Origin: Candidatus Dormiibacterota bacterium
GTDB lineage: Bacteria > Chloroflexota > Dormibacteria > Aeolococcales > Aeolococcaceae
Reading direction: 5' to 3'
Length of the DNA stretch: 64,000 bases
Assembly: GCA_963709585.1 (NCBI GenBank)
Contig: CAVPXI010000004.1
Coordinates: 224,001-288,000, forward strand
The notes below the pieces were generated by a model, which searched no databases, was not told the origin of the DNA, and saw only the letters and a list, made by a program, of their open reading frames with translations. Below, piece by piece: positions 28,658 to 39,285 of this stretch; positions within the stretch are counted from its first letter, which is position 1; the number at the start of each line of letters is the position of its first letter. The translations under genes were made by a program, and so were the position numbers.

Positions 28658-29779
28658 GTGAGCACCGAGGTGCTCGACGAGCGGTCGCGCCACGTCGCCC
28701 TGGTTCGCGCCCAGGCGGCGCTCATCGCCGATTCGTCGCGAGCTGTGCGCCGGCTGGTGGTGAGCCCCGGGGCGAAGCTCATGTCGTCGCCGCGCAAACG
28801 GCGTCACGCGCGCCGCGGCCCGGCGCCGCCGCCACCCGTGGTCCCGCGGCACACCTCCTGGAGACGGCGGCTGATCGCGGCCGCGGCGCTCACGGTGCAG
28901 GTCGGCCTCCTGGCACTGGCGCTGACGCTCCCGGGGTTCCAGGTGCGGCGGGTGACCGTGGTTGGCACCCACCTGCTCACCACCGGCGCCGTGGTCGCCG
29001 CGGCCGAGGTACCCGAGCAGAGCATCTTCACGATCAACGGAGCGGCGATCCAGGGACGCGTGCAGTCGCTGCCCTGGGTCGCGAGCGCGATGGTCACCAC
29101 CGAGCTGCCCGCCACCGTGGAGATCTCGGTCGTCGAACGCGCGCCGATGCTCCGCATCCGTCGTGACGGCACCGACACGCTGGTCGCCTCGGACGGAGCC
29201 ACGCTTCCCGGAATCGATGCGACCCCGGCGGCGCGAAGCGGCATCCCGGTGCTGATCGATGACCGCGCCGGGTCCGAGCAACCGATCGACCCCCTGCTGG
29301 TCCAGCTGCTCGGCTCCATCGCTCAACGCTTCCCGGCGGTGTTCGGCTGCTCGGTTGCCGCGTACCTCTGGGGGGCCGACGACGTGGTCAGCCTCTGGAC
29401 GAGCACCGGATGGCGCGCGGTGCTGGGCCACCTCGACACCGAGGACTCCATGCGCGCTCTCCCGGCGCAGATCGAGACCCTCGCCGCGCTCAAGGGCCGG
29501 CTCGACTTCGTCAAGCCCACCTTCGGCTACGTCGACGTCGAGGCCCCCGCCTACCCGGTCAGCGGCGGCCACCCGGGCCTCCCGGCCGAGGTGACCGCAG
29601 CGCTCCTTCCGATCGCACCCACGATCCAGCCGCCGCCGGCGGCGTCCGCCGTGGCTCCGCCCACCGCGCCGCCGACCCCCCGTCCAACCCCGACCCAGTC
29701 GACGTCGCCGAGTGTCAGCCCGGCGTCCGGGATCACGTTGATCACCCCACCGGCGAGCACGCCGGCGGCGCCACCCTGA
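28658..29779 (+). CDS. ftsQ: FtsQ/DivIB-like protein
   Basis: TM segment plus POTRA-like region (LPWVASA..LPATVEISVVER); Pro/Thr-rich tail. Confidence 0.8.
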   Translation: MSTEVLDERSRHVALVRAQAALIADSSRAVRRLVVSPGAKLMSSPRKRRHARRGPAPPPPVVPRHTSWRRRLIAAAALTVQVGLLALALTLPGFQVRRVTVVGTHLLTTGAVVAAAEVPEQSIFTINGAAIQGRVQSLPWVASAMVTTELPATVEISVVERAPMLRIRRDGTDTLVASDGATLPGIDATPAARSGIPVLIDDRAGSEQPIDPLLVQLLGSIAQRFPAVFGCSVAAYLWGADDVVSLWTSTGWRAVLGHLDTEDSMRALPAQIETLAALKGRLDFVKPTFGYVDVEAPAYPVSGGHPGLPAEVTAALLPIAPTIQPPPAASAVAPPTAPPTPRPTPTQSTSPSVSPASGITLITPPASTPAAPP

Positions 29780-29792
29780 CCGAATAACGGTC

Positions 29793-30683
29793 CTAGCGGA
29801 CGCGGTCCCAGGGGCGCGCCGCCCGCAACGCGGAGAGGATCGCGCGCGTCGCCGGCGAGCGATTCATCGTGTAGAAATGCACACCGGGTGCACCCCCGGC
29901 GAGCAACTCGGCGCATTGGAGCGTCGCCCACGCCACCCCCAGCTGCAGCACCGCCTCGGGGTCGTCCTCGCGTGAGCGCAACGCCTCGAGGAGCGCCTCC
30001 GGGATGGTGGCGCCGATCTTCAACGTGAAACGGCGGATCTGGCCGACGTTGGTGACCGGCATGATGCCCGGGATGATCGGCACGGTCACTCCGGCCGCAC
30101 GCGCCCTCGGCACGAAATCGAAGTACGCCCGGTTGTCGAAGAAGAGATTCGTGATCAGGTAGCTGGCGCCCGCGTCCTGCTTGCGCCTCGCGGAGCGGAT
30201 GTCCTCGTCGGTGTCCACCAACTCCGGGTGCTTCTCGGGGTAGCAGGCGCCGCCGACGCAGAACCCGTATCGCGCGATGATCAACTCCATCAGCTCGCTA
30301 CCGTGCGCGAGCCCACCCGCAGGGGCGACAAAGCGCTCGACGCCCTCCGGGGGATCGCCGCGCAGCGCGAGCACGTTGTCGATCCCCGCGTCGCGCAGCC
30401 CGTCGAGGATGCCCTGGAGGTCGTCGACGGTCGCGTCGACGCAGGTGAGGTGCGCGACCGGCTCGATGTCGAGCTCTCGACGGATGCGGGTCACGAGGTC
30501 GACGGTGCGCGTGCGCACCGAGCCCCCGGCGCCATACGTCACCGACACGAAGGTCGGCTCCAGCTCGCGCAGGTGTGAGATCGCCTCGAAGAGCTGGCGC
30601 ACGCCGTCGTCGGTCTTCGGAGGAAAGAACTCGAACGAGAACAGGGGCTGCCGGCGGTCTTCGAGGACGGTGTCGAGACGCAT
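29793..30683 (-). CDS. metF: 5,10-methylenetetrahydrofolate reductase
   Basis: SFEFFPPKT, VSVTYGAGG, AHLTC, ALRGDPP, HFYTMN. Confidence 0.96.
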   Translation of the reverse strand: MRLDTVLEDRRQPLFSFEFFPPKTDDGVRQLFEAISHLRELEPTFVSVTYGAGGSVRTRTVDLVTRIRRELDIEPVAHLTCVDATVDDLQGILDGLRDAGIDNVLALRGDPPEGVERFVAPAGGLAHGSELMELIIARYGFCVGGACYPEKHPELVDTDEDIRSARRKQDAGASYLITNLFFDNRAYFDFVPRARAAGVTVPIIPGIMPVTNVGQIRRFTLKIGATIPEALLEALRSREDDPEAVLQLGVAWATLQCAELLAGGAPGVHFYTMNRSPATRAILSALRAARPWDRVR

Positions 30684-30710
30684 GGTGACCACCATGCTAC
30701 GGTCCGCGAA

Positions 30711-31753
30711 ATGCTTGCGGTGTACGCGTCGGCGGTCGGCGGCGATGACCCGCTGGCCAACCTCGCCGTCGGCGAGCTGTCCGCACCCGTGCCGCAGGCC
30801 GGTTGGGCCCGGGTCAAGGTGCGCGTCGCATCCCTGAACCACCACGACATCTGGACCCTTCGCGGAGTGTCCTCGTCCGAGGTGACCCCGCCGCAGATCC
30901 TCGGCTGCGACGCTGCCGGCGAGGTCGACGGGTACGGCGGCGAGCCACCACTGGGCGCGCCGGCGTTGGGGGCGAGGGTCGTCGTCTACCCGATCGTCAC
31001 CTGCGGGCAGTGCCCGGCCTGCCTCGCCGACGAGCCGCTGGGCTGCCGGTCCTTCCGCATGCTCAGCGAGGCACCACTCGGCGGTGCGCTCGCCGAGTAC
31101 GTCGAGATCCCGGTCGCGAATCTCGTCGCGCTGCCCGACCAGGTCAGCTTCGCCGACGCAGCATGCCTGCCGACCGCCTACCTGACCGCGTATCGAGCGC
31201 TCTTCGTTCGCGCCGGACTGCGGCCCGGGATGAGCGTGCTCGTGCAGGGGGCAAGTGGCGGCGTCGCAACAGCGTGCATCCTGCTCGGACGGCTCGCGGG
31301 CATCACTGTCTATGCGACGTCGCGCGATGAGGCGAAACGGGCATTCGCCGTGGACCTCGGCGCCGAGGCGGCGTTCCCGGTGGAGCGCCAGACGGCGCGT
31401 GCGATCGTCGGTGCGACCGGGGGCATCGGCGTGGACGCCGTCGTCGACACCGTCGGCGAGCCGACCTGGGACCTGAGCCTCCGCGCGGTGAAACCGGGAG
31501 GCGTGGTCGTCGTTCCGGGATCGACCGGTGGTCCGAACCCGCCGCGCAGCTCAACCGGATCTTCTTCAGGAGCCTCACCGTCGCGGGAACCACGATGGGA
31601 ACTCGCGGGGAGCTGCGACGCCTGGTCGATCCGAGCGCCACCGGCGCTCTCCGGCCCCTGATCGGGTCGACCCATCCGCTCGGCGACGCCGCACGAGCGT
31701 TTGCCGAGATGGCGAGTGGCGACCTGCGCGGGAAGATCGTTCTCGAGGTGTGA
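30711..31753 (+). CDS. Zinc-binding (MDR) dehydrogenase with a frameshift near 31544
   Basis: ASLNHHD, CGQCPAC, GASGGV; C-terminus QLNRIFF...TMGT...GKIVLEV* lies in another frame. Confidence 0.85.
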
Positions 31754-31964
31754 GCACGCGCGGCGAAGACGCGTCGCGAAGCGTAGACGCCGTGAACGCG
31801 CGGTGTTACGGTTGCCCGGCTTCAGCCGTCCAGTGACCGCGGCGGACGGGGCCTCGTCCAGAAGGTGCAGTGGCGAGGTCCTGTCCGTGTCTCCAGGGTT
31901 GGCTCGAGACGGGTGCTTCGATCTCCGGAGCCTGGGGTTTGACGGGCTCCCGCCTCTCGAGGAC

Positions 31965-32012
31965 AACCAACATGTTGTGGCATACTGGGGGTGCGAACCC
32001 AGCATCTTGCGG
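31965..32012. promoter_or_regulatory. Tandem NrdR-box-like motifs
   Basis: AACCAACATGTTGTGG (31965) and ACCCAGCATCTTGCGG (31997), 32 bp apart; compare consensus acaCwAtATaTwGtgt. Confidence 0.65.
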
Positions 32013-32074
32013 TTTTGCGCCTGAAAACCCTTGTAGGGCGCACCCGCGACGGCTACACTCGGAGACCGATACAA

Positions 32075-33310
32075 GTGACCCGTCCTCGCCGCGTCTTCGC
32101 ACTCGATCTCGGAACCACCAAAGTCTGCTGCGCCGTCGCAGACCTTGAGACCACCGGTCTCCGAGTCCTGGGTGTCGGTCTGGTCGCGTCGAGGGGGGTT
32201 CGCAAGGGGGCCGTCGTCGAGATCGACCGGGCTGCCGAGGCGGTCGCCGAGGCGGTCGACATGGCCGAGCAGATGTCCGGGGTGGCGATCGACTCCGCCG
32301 TGGTCGGCATCGCCGGCGGGCACATCACGTCGCAGAACAGCCGTGGCGTCGTGGCCGTCGAGGCGGGCCACCGCGAGGTTCGCGACCAGGACGTGCATCG
32401 CGCCATCGACGCGGCGCGCGCGGTGAGCGTTCCCTCCGAGCGGCGCATCGTGCATGTGCTGCCGCAGCAGTTCACCATCGACGGGCAGGAGGGCGTGCGC
32501 GACGCCATCGGCATGGCCGGGAACCGGCTCGAAGTCGATGCGCACATCATCACCGGTGCCAACACCGCGATCCAGAACGTCGTCAAAGTCGTGCACAAGG
32601 CCGGACTCAACGTCGACGACATGGTGTTGCAGGTGCTCGCATCCGCTGAAGCGGTGGTCACCGAGGACGAGATCGAGCGCGGCGTCGTGGTGGTCGATGT
32701 CGGCGGTGGTACCAGCGATATCGCGGTCTTCGCACGCGGCAGCATCGTGCACACCAGCGTGATTCCGGTCGGCGGCAACCACGTGACCGCGGACCTCGCG
32801 GTCGGGTTGCGCTGCGACCTCGAGACCGCCGAAACCGTGAAGCGCAACTTCGGTCACTGTCTGCAGCTCACACTGCCCGCCGACGCCGAGGTGACCCTGA
32901 CACCGATGGGCTACGACGAGCCGGTCGGTGTGCCGCAACGCTATCTCGCGGAGATCATCGGCCCACGCGCCCGCGAGATGGCGTCGCTGATCGCGGCCGA
33001 GGTGGAGCGGGCCGGGCCGCTCGGCATGTTCCCCGGTGGCATCGTGATCACCGGCGGCGGCGCGCTGCTCCGCGGGTTCGCGGAGATCGTGCAGCAGCAG
33101 ACCAATCTCCCCGCTCGCGTGGCCGCACCCCAGGGGTTGCACGGCATGAACGACGAGATCCGCGGCCCGAGCCACGCGACCGTGGTCGGCCTGCTGCGCT
33201 GGGGAGCCCGGAGCAACCTCGGACGCAAACCCTCGCGCTCCAACGGCAAGAGCTCGGACGGCCCTGCCGCCGGAGTCAAATTATCGAGGTGGTTTCGTGA
33301 CCTATTTTGA
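32075..33310 (+). CDS. ftsA: Cell division protein FtsA
   Basis: [27 protein letters not shown]; GGAGA RBS. Confidence 0.97.
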   Translation: MTRPRRVFALDLGTTKVCCAVADLETTGLRVLGVGLVASRGVRKGAVVEIDRAAEAVAEAVDMAEQMSGVAIDSAVVGIAGGHITSQNSRGVVAVEAGHREVRDQDVHRAIDAARAVSVPSERRIVHVLPQQFTIDGQEGVRDAIGMAGNRLEVDAHIITGANTAIQNVVKVVHKAGLNVDDMVLQVLASAEAVVTEDEIERGVVVVDVGGGTSDIAVFARGSIVHTSVIPVGGNHVTADLAVGLRCDLETAETVKRNFGHCLQLTLPADAEVTLTPMGYDEPVGVPQRYLAEIIGPRAREMASLIAAEVERAGPLGMFPGGIVITGGGALLRGFAEIVQQQTNLPARVAAPQGLHGMNDEIRGPSHATVVGLLRWGARSNLGRKPSRSNGKSSDGPAAGVKLSRWFRDLF

Positions 33311-33422
33311 TCATCTGCGCACTCAGGGACTCGACCAGCCCGGGGATGCACTGGCCCGCCGGAGATCGTCACAGCATTCGCCCCCAACCCGAGAAACGCC
33401 AACCCAACGCGAGGAGAGACTC

Positions 33423-34531
33423 ATGGCAGACCTCGACCGGACACTTGAAGGCAACGCCCGCATCCGCGTCGTGGGGGTCGGCGGCGGCGGCAGCAATGCC
33501 GTGAACCGCATGATCCGGAGCAACCTCAAGGGCGTTGAGTTCATCGCGATCAACACCGACCACCAGGCGCTGAGCTCGTCATCCGCACATCTCAAGATCC
33601 GCATCGGCGGCAAGCTCGACTCGCGGGCTCGGCGCCGGCGGCGATCCCCAGAAGGGACAGGACGCAGCCGAGGAGTTGCGCTGACGAGCTCACCAAGGCG
33701 CTGGCGGACAGCGATATGGTGTTCATCACCGCCGGAATGGGCGGTGGCACCGGGACCGGGGCCGCGCCGATCATCGCGGAGATCGCTCGCGAGACCGGAG
33801 CGCTGACCATCGGCGTGGTGACCAAGCCCTTCCGCTTCGAGGGGCTGCGCCGTCAGAAGTCGGCCGAGGAAGGCATTGCCAACCTCCAGGGTCGCGTCGA
33901 CACGCTCATCACCATCCCGAACGAGCGGCTCATGCAGGTGGTCGACAAGAAGACTCCGATCGGCGACGCGTTCAAGGTTGCCGATGATGTGCTCCGTCAG
34001 GGCGTGCAGGGCATCAGCGACCTGATCGTCTTCCCCGGACTGATCAACCTTGACTTCGCCGACGTGAAGACGATCATGCAGGGCCAGGGACAGGCGCTCA
34101 TGGGCATCGGATTCGGCAGCGGCGACACGCGCGCCGCGGACGCCGCGAAGGACGCGGTCGCGAGCCCACTGCTCGAGACCACCATCGCCGGCGCCAAGGG
34201 CATCCTGCTCAACGTCACCGGCGGACCGGACCTCACGCTGTATGAGGTGAACGAGGCGGCGCAGCTGGTCAGTGAGTTGGCCGATTCCGACGCGCAGATC
34301 ATCTTCGGCACGGTCATCGACGAGCACATGAAAGGCGAGGTGAAGATCACCGTGATCGCCACCGGGTTCACCGGCCAGATTGATGTGATCGGCACCCTCA
34401 GCTACGAGCCGTCGGCGCGTCCCGTGGTCTCCGACCAGCGGCAACCGGCCTTCACGGTTGGCGGCAGGCCCACGGGTCCGTACAGCGTCGACGACCTCGA
34501 CATCCCCGCGTTTCTGAGGGACCGTCGGTAG
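33423..34531 (+). CDS. ftsZ: Cell division protein FtsZ with two apparent +1 indels near 33618 and 33675
   Basis: [23 protein letters not shown] (shifted frame), [23 protein letters not shown]. Confidence 0.95.
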
Positions 34532-34607
34532 GTTTGGGTTCGGTGCAGCGCCTGCCTGCGCAACGCGGTCGACCGGCGCTGCAGACCAAGCCTATAGGGG
34601 GCAGCAG

Positions 34608-35147
34608 GTGAAGTGCCCGTTCTGCGGCGAGACGGACATCAAGGTCGTCGACTTGCGCGATTCCGAAACCGGTGAGGCGATTCGCCGCCGTCGAGAATGC
34701 CTCGGCTGCGGCAAGCGTTTCACCACCTACGAGCGTGTCGAGGCGCCGCCGCTGTACGTCGTCAAGAAGGACGGCAGGCGCGAGGAATTCAGTCGCTCGA
34801 AGCTTCTGTCGGGGCTCGTGATGGCGTCGAAGAAGACGCGGCTCGCTCCGGCGAATCTCGAGTTGATGGTGGCGGAGATTGAGAACGCACTGCGCAGCCA
34901 GAACCTGACGGAGATACCCAGCCGTGAGGTCGGCGCCATGGTGATGGCGCGATTGCGCGACATCGACGAGATCGCATACATTCGATTCGCCTCGGTGTAT
35001 CGATCCTTCAAGGACGCGCAGGAGATGCGCGCAACCATCGAGGATGTGCTCGCGCATCCTCCAGGCACGCGCCCGGATTCCGCGCGCCGGCAGCGCAAGC
35101 GTCGTGACACCGAAGGTAGAGAGTTGCCCCTCGACATGGGCAAGTGA
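34608..35147 (+). CDS. nrdR: Transcriptional repressor NrdR
   Basis: [25 protein letters not shown] cone, AYIRFASVY. Confidence 0.97.
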   Translation: MKCPFCGETDIKVVDLRDSETGEAIRRRRECLGCGKRFTTYERVEAPPLYVVKKDGRREEFSRSKLLSGLVMASKKTRLAPANLELMVAEIENALRSQNLTEIPSREVGAMVMARLRDIDEIAYIRFASVYRSFKDAQEMRATIEDVLAHPPGTRPDSARRQRKRRDTEGRELPLDMGK

Positions 35148-35148
35148 A

Positions 35149-35853
35149 ATGGCTGTGGTGGAGGAGGATTCGCCGGTAGCGGACCGGCTCGAGGCGGTGC
35201 GTGCCCGGATCGAGGCAGCCGCGGCGCGCTCCAACCGCGACCCGCTCGACGTGCGCCTGATCGCTGTGACGAAAGGGATGCTCGCCGCCCGTGTCGACGA
35301 GGTGATTGCCGCGGGCGTCGAGGACATCGGCGAGAACCGGATCCAGGAGGCCGCCGACAAGCAGCGTGAGGTCCGCAACGCTGCGCGCTGGCACTTGATC
35401 GGCCACCTGCAGACCAACAAGGCCGGACGCGCGGCGACGCTGTTCGACTTCATCCATTCCGTCGACAGCACGCGCGTCGCGGATGCGCTGTCCGCACATC
35501 GACCCGCGGGACGTGATCCCCTCGGCGTCCTGCTCGAGGTTGAGTTGACCGGGCTGCCAACCCGCTATGGGGTCGCTGAACCGGACGTCGAGGGAGTGGT
35601 GCAGCGGCTCGTCAACGTCCCGTCGCTCCACCTTATGGGGCTGATGACCATCGCTCCTTATTCCGAGGATCCCGAGGACTCGCGCGCCACGTTCACCCGT
35701 CTCCGTCGCCTCCGCGACCACATGGAGCACGTGACCGGTTGGGCGCTCCCCGAGCTCAGCATGGGCATGAGCAACGACTTCGAGATCGCAATCGAAGAGG
35801 GCGCCACCATGGTGCGGATCGGTCGAGCGATCTTCGGCGAGCGGCCGGCGTAG
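35149..35853 (+). CDS. yggS: PLP homeostasis protein YggS
   Basis: AVTK, GENRIQE, WHLIGHLQTNK, LSMGMSND. Confidence 0.95.
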   Translation: MAVVEEDSPVADRLEAVRARIEAAAARSNRDPLDVRLIAVTKGMLAARVDEVIAAGVEDIGENRIQEAADKQREVRNAARWHLIGHLQTNKAGRAATLFDFIHSVDSTRVADALSAHRPAGRDPLGVLLEVELTGLPTRYGVAEPDVEGVVQRLVNVPSLHLMGLMTIAPYSEDPEDSRATFTRLRRLRDHMEHVTGWALPELSMGMSNDFEIAIEEGATMVRIGRAIFGERPA

Positions 35854-35902
35854 AGAGCGCTCGACGATTCGGGAGCCAACGATCTGCCGGTATCCTTGAG
35901 CG

Positions 35903-38800
35903 ATGCCCAGGTATTCAGCCGTCAGCGCCCGCGCGGGTTTTCCCGAGGCGGAGCTCGAGATCCTCGAGCTCTGGCAACGCACCCGCGTCTTCGAGCGCAG
36001 CCTGGCAATGCGTCGCGACGCGCCCCCGTACGTTTTCTACGAGGGACCGCCAACTGCCAACGGGTTGCCGGGTCTCCACCACGTGCTCGCCAGGTCGTAC
36101 AAGGACGTGTTCGCGCGCTACAAGCAGATGACCGGATTCTCGGTGGCTCGAAAGGCCGGGTGGGACACCCACGGACTCCCCGTCGAGCTGGAGATCGAGC
36201 GCGCCCTGAAGATCAGCGGCAAGAAGCAGATCGAGGAGTACGGGATCGCGGAGTTCAACGCGCGCTGCAAGGCGTCGGTGAACGAGTACATCGACCAGTG
36301 GCGCGAGATGAGCGAACGTCTGGGCTTCTGGCTCGACTTCGACCATCCCTACCGTAGCTATGACGGCACCTACATCGAATCGGTGTGGTGGAGCCTGAAG
36401 GAGCTCTGGGAGGACGAGCGGCTCTACCAGGGTTACAAGGTCACGCCGTACTGCCCGCGCTGTCAGACCACGCTGTCCTCGCACGAGCTGAGCCAGGGAT
36501 ATGCGGAGGACACGCCCGATCCATCCGTGTACGTCAAGTTCCGCCTCAACGACTTGGACGGCAAGACCTTCCTGCTGGCCTGGACGACGACGCCATGGAC
36601 GCTCCCCGGCAATGTCGCGCTCGCGGTGCATTCCGGAAAACGCTATGTCCGGGTCGCGCAGGGCGACGAGTCGTACATCCTCGCGAAGCAGCGCCTCGAC
36701 GTGCTCGAGGGACCATACGAGGTCCTCGACGAGATGGATGGCGCGGACCTCGTCGACACCACCTACGAGCCGCTGTTCACCGACATGCTCCCCGAAGGCC
36801 TCGCGTTTGTCGTGCTCGACGCACCCGAGTTGGTGAGCATGGACGAGGGCACCGGAGTCGTCCACACCGCCGCGGCATACGGCGTGGCCGACCTCGAGCT
36901 CTGCCAGCGCATGGGCGTCGCCATCCGCCACGTAGTCGGGCTCGACGGACGGTTCCTGGACGGCCAGACGCGATACCGGGGGATGTTCGTCAAGGACGCC
37001 GATCCGAAGATCATCGAGGACCTCCGCGAGCAGGGCAGCCTCTACCGAGCCGAGCGGATCCTGCACACGTACCCGTTCTGCTGGCGCTGTGACACGCCGC
37101 TGCTCTATTACGCGATCACGTCCTGGTTCATACGCACAACCGCCGTAAAGGATCGCCTGCTCGCTCACAACCGGAGCGTGCACTGGCAGCCGGCGCACAT
37201 CCGAGACGGTCGCATGGGCAACTGGCTCGAGAGCCTCATCGACTGGAACCTGTCGCGAAGCAGGTACTGGGGCACCCCGCTGCCGATCTGGGTCTGCGAG
37301 GAGTGCGACCAAAAGTTCTGTGCCGGGAGCGCGGCCGAGGTTGGATTGACGGTGGACGACGATCTCCACCGGCCGTTCATCGATGAGGTCACGCTGCCCT
37401 GCACCGCCTGCGCTGGAGTGATGCGTCGCGTTCCCGACGTCATCGACGCCTGGTACGACTCCGGAGCGATGCCCTTTGCGCAGAAGCACTATCCCTTCGA
37501 GAATCGAGAGCTTTTCGAGCGCACTCATCCCGCGGACTTCATCTGCGAGGGGGTCGACCAGACCCGCGGTTGGTTCTTCTCGCTGCTCGCCGAGTCCACC
37601 CTGCTGTTCGACCTGCCTGCCTACAGGAACTGCGTGGTGGTGGGAACGCTGCAGGACAAGCACGGCAAGAAGATGTCGAAGTCGCGGGGCAATACGATCG
37701 AGCCGAGCATCATCTTCGATCAGTTCGGTGCCGACGCCGCACGCTGGTACTTTTACGCGCAGGGCGTTGAGAACGCCGAGCTGCGCGTGAGCCCGGCGTC
37801 GTTCCAGGACGTGGTGCGCCTCTTCATGCTGACGCTCTGGAATGTGTACTCGTTCTTCGTCACCTACGCGCTGACCGATGAGTACGACCCGGCATCGGCT
37901 GCGCTGGCGGTCATCGAACGCCCGGTGCTCGACCGCTGGTGCCTTTCGCGATTGGCCGAGACGGTCGATGGAGTTCGCGAGGCGATGGAGCGGTACGACG
38001 CGTCGGACGCTGTCCACGCCGTCGAGGCGTTCGTCGAGGATCTCTCCAAGTGGTACGTGCGCCGTTCACGCCGGCGCTTCTGGAAGAGCGCCGGGAGCAG
38101 TGACGACGCCCAGGCAGCGTTCGCGACGCTGAACACGGTGTTGCTGACGCTGTCGGGGCTGGTCGCGCCGTTCATGCCCTTCATGGCCGAGCGTATGTAC
38201 CGCAACCTCAGCGGCTTCAACGGCGACCCGCCTTCGGCGCCGGGAGTGCCCAACTCGGTGCATCTCACCGACTATCCCAAGGTGGCGGGAGCGTGGCGTG
38301 ACCCCGACGTTCTCGTCGAGATGAGCCGGCTGCGCCGGCTTGTCGAGGACGGGCTCGCCGCGCGCACGACCGCCGGCGTGCGCGTCCGCCAGCCGCTCGC
38401 CACCGCAACGATCGCGAGCGCCCCACTCGACCCCGAGCTCGAGGCGATCTTCATGGAGGAGCTCAACGTCAAAGCCGTGCGCTACGCGGACCCCGACGGT
38501 GGGCGCGCCCTGGTCGTCCTCGACACCACGATCACCGACGAGCTTCGCCTCGAGTGGCTGGCGCGCGAAGTCAGCCGCAAGGTCAACGAGCTGCGCAAGC
38601 AGGCGGGGCTCCGGGTCGAGGATCGGATCACGCTGCTGGTCGACGCCGATGGCGACGCGCGGCGCGCGCTCGACGCTTATCGGGACTGGTTGCAGGGGGA
38701 GACGCTCGCGCTGGCGATCGAGGACCGGCGCGGAGAAGCGCTCGCCGAGTGGGAAGGCGAGCTGGGAGGCGCACGGTGCTGGCTGGGAGTACGGCGGTAG
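35903..38800 (+). CDS. ileS: Isoleucyl-tRNA synthetase, type 2
   Basis: FYEGPPTANG, GLHH, GWDTHGLPVE, KMSKS, WYVRRSRRRFW; no C-terminal Zn finger. Confidence 0.96.
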   Translation: MPRYSAVSARAGFPEAELEILELWQRTRVFERSLAMRRDAPPYVFYEGPPTANGLPGLHHVLARSYKDVFARYKQMTGFSVARKAGWDTHGLPVELEIERALKISGKKQIEEYGIAEFNARCKASVNEYIDQWREMSERLGFWLDFDHPYRSYDGTYIESVWWSLKELWEDERLYQGYKVTPYCPRCQTTLSSHELSQGYAEDTPDPSVYVKFRLNDLDGKTFLLAWTTTPWTLPGNVALAVHSGKRYVRVAQGDESYILAKQRLDVLEGPYEVLDEMDGADLVDTTYEPLFTDMLPEGLAFVVLDAPELVSMDEGTGVVHTAAAYGVADLELCQRMGVAIRHVVGLDGRFLDGQTRYRGMFVKDADPKIIEDLREQGSLYRAERILHTYPFCWRCDTPLLYYAITSWFIRTTAVKDRLLAHNRSVHWQPAHIRDGRMGNWLESLIDWNLSRSRYWGTPLPIWVCEECDQKFCAGSAAEVGLTVDDDLHRPFIDEVTLPCTACAGVMRRVPDVIDAWYDSGAMPFAQKHYPFENRELFERTHPADFICEGVDQTRGWFFSLLAESTLLFDLPAYRNCVVVGTLQDKHGKKMSKSRGNTIEPSIIFDQFGADAARWYFYAQGVENAELRVSPASFQDVVRLFMLTLWNVYSFFVTYALTDEYDPASAALAVIERPVLDRWCLSRLAETVDGVREAMERYDASDAVHAVEAFVEDLSKWYVRRSRRRFWKSAGSSDDAQAAFATLNTVLLTLSGLVAPFMPFMAERMYRNLSGFNGDPPSAPGVPNSVHLTDYPKVAGAWRDPDVLVEMSRLRRLVEDGLAARTTAGVRVRQPLATATIASAPLDPELEAIFMEELNVKAVRYADPDGGRALVVLDTTITDELRLEWLAREVSRKVNELRKQAGLRVEDRITLLVDADGDARRALDAYRDWLQGETLALAIEDRRGEALAEWEGELGGARCWLGVRR

Positions 38801-39285
38801 CGGCCGCCCCGCGCACCTCGCGGCGGCGGATCTACTCGGTGATGCTCGGTACCGCCGCGATTGTGGCCCTTGTCGACCACATCACCAAGTGGCTCGTGGC
38901 TTCGCAAATCCCCCTCGGACAGCAGATCTGGCGCGGCTCGTTCGTGTCCATCGATCATGTCGAGAACAGCGGCGCCGCCTTCAGCGTGCTTCCCCAACTG
39001 CACTGGCTCTACCTGGCGGTCGCGCTGATCGTGAGCCTCTACATCGCCTTCGCGGGCTACCGGTACGGGACCACGTGGTATCGCCAGGTCCTGCTCGGCA
39101 TGATCCTCGGCGGAGCGCTGTCGAACGGGGTCGACCGGCTCGTGCAGGGGGCGGTCGTCGACTTCATCGACTTCCACTTCTGGCCGGTGTTCAACGTGGC
39201 CGACAGCTGCATCGTCGTCGCGATCGTGCTCCTGCTCGTGCTCAGCTTCGTCCCGTCGTCACACCCATCATCGGCGCCGTCATGA
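38776..39285 (+). CDS. lspA: Lipoprotein signal peptidase II
   Basis: NSGAAFS, GGALSNGVDR, VVDFI, FNVAD. Confidence 0.93.
   Translation: MLAGSTAVAAAPRTSRRRIYSVMLGTAAIVALVDHITKWLVASQIPLGQQIWRGSFVSIDHVENSGAAFSVLPQLHWLYLAVALIVSLYIAFAGYRYGTTWYRQVLLGMILGGALSNGVDRLVQGAVVDFIDFHFWPVFNVADSCIVVAIVLLLVLSFVPSSHPSSAPS

Noticed and set aside
33423-34531. ftsZ pseudogene or programmed frameshifting
   Set aside because: All motifs are intact, there is no slippery site, and many similar indels occur across the window.
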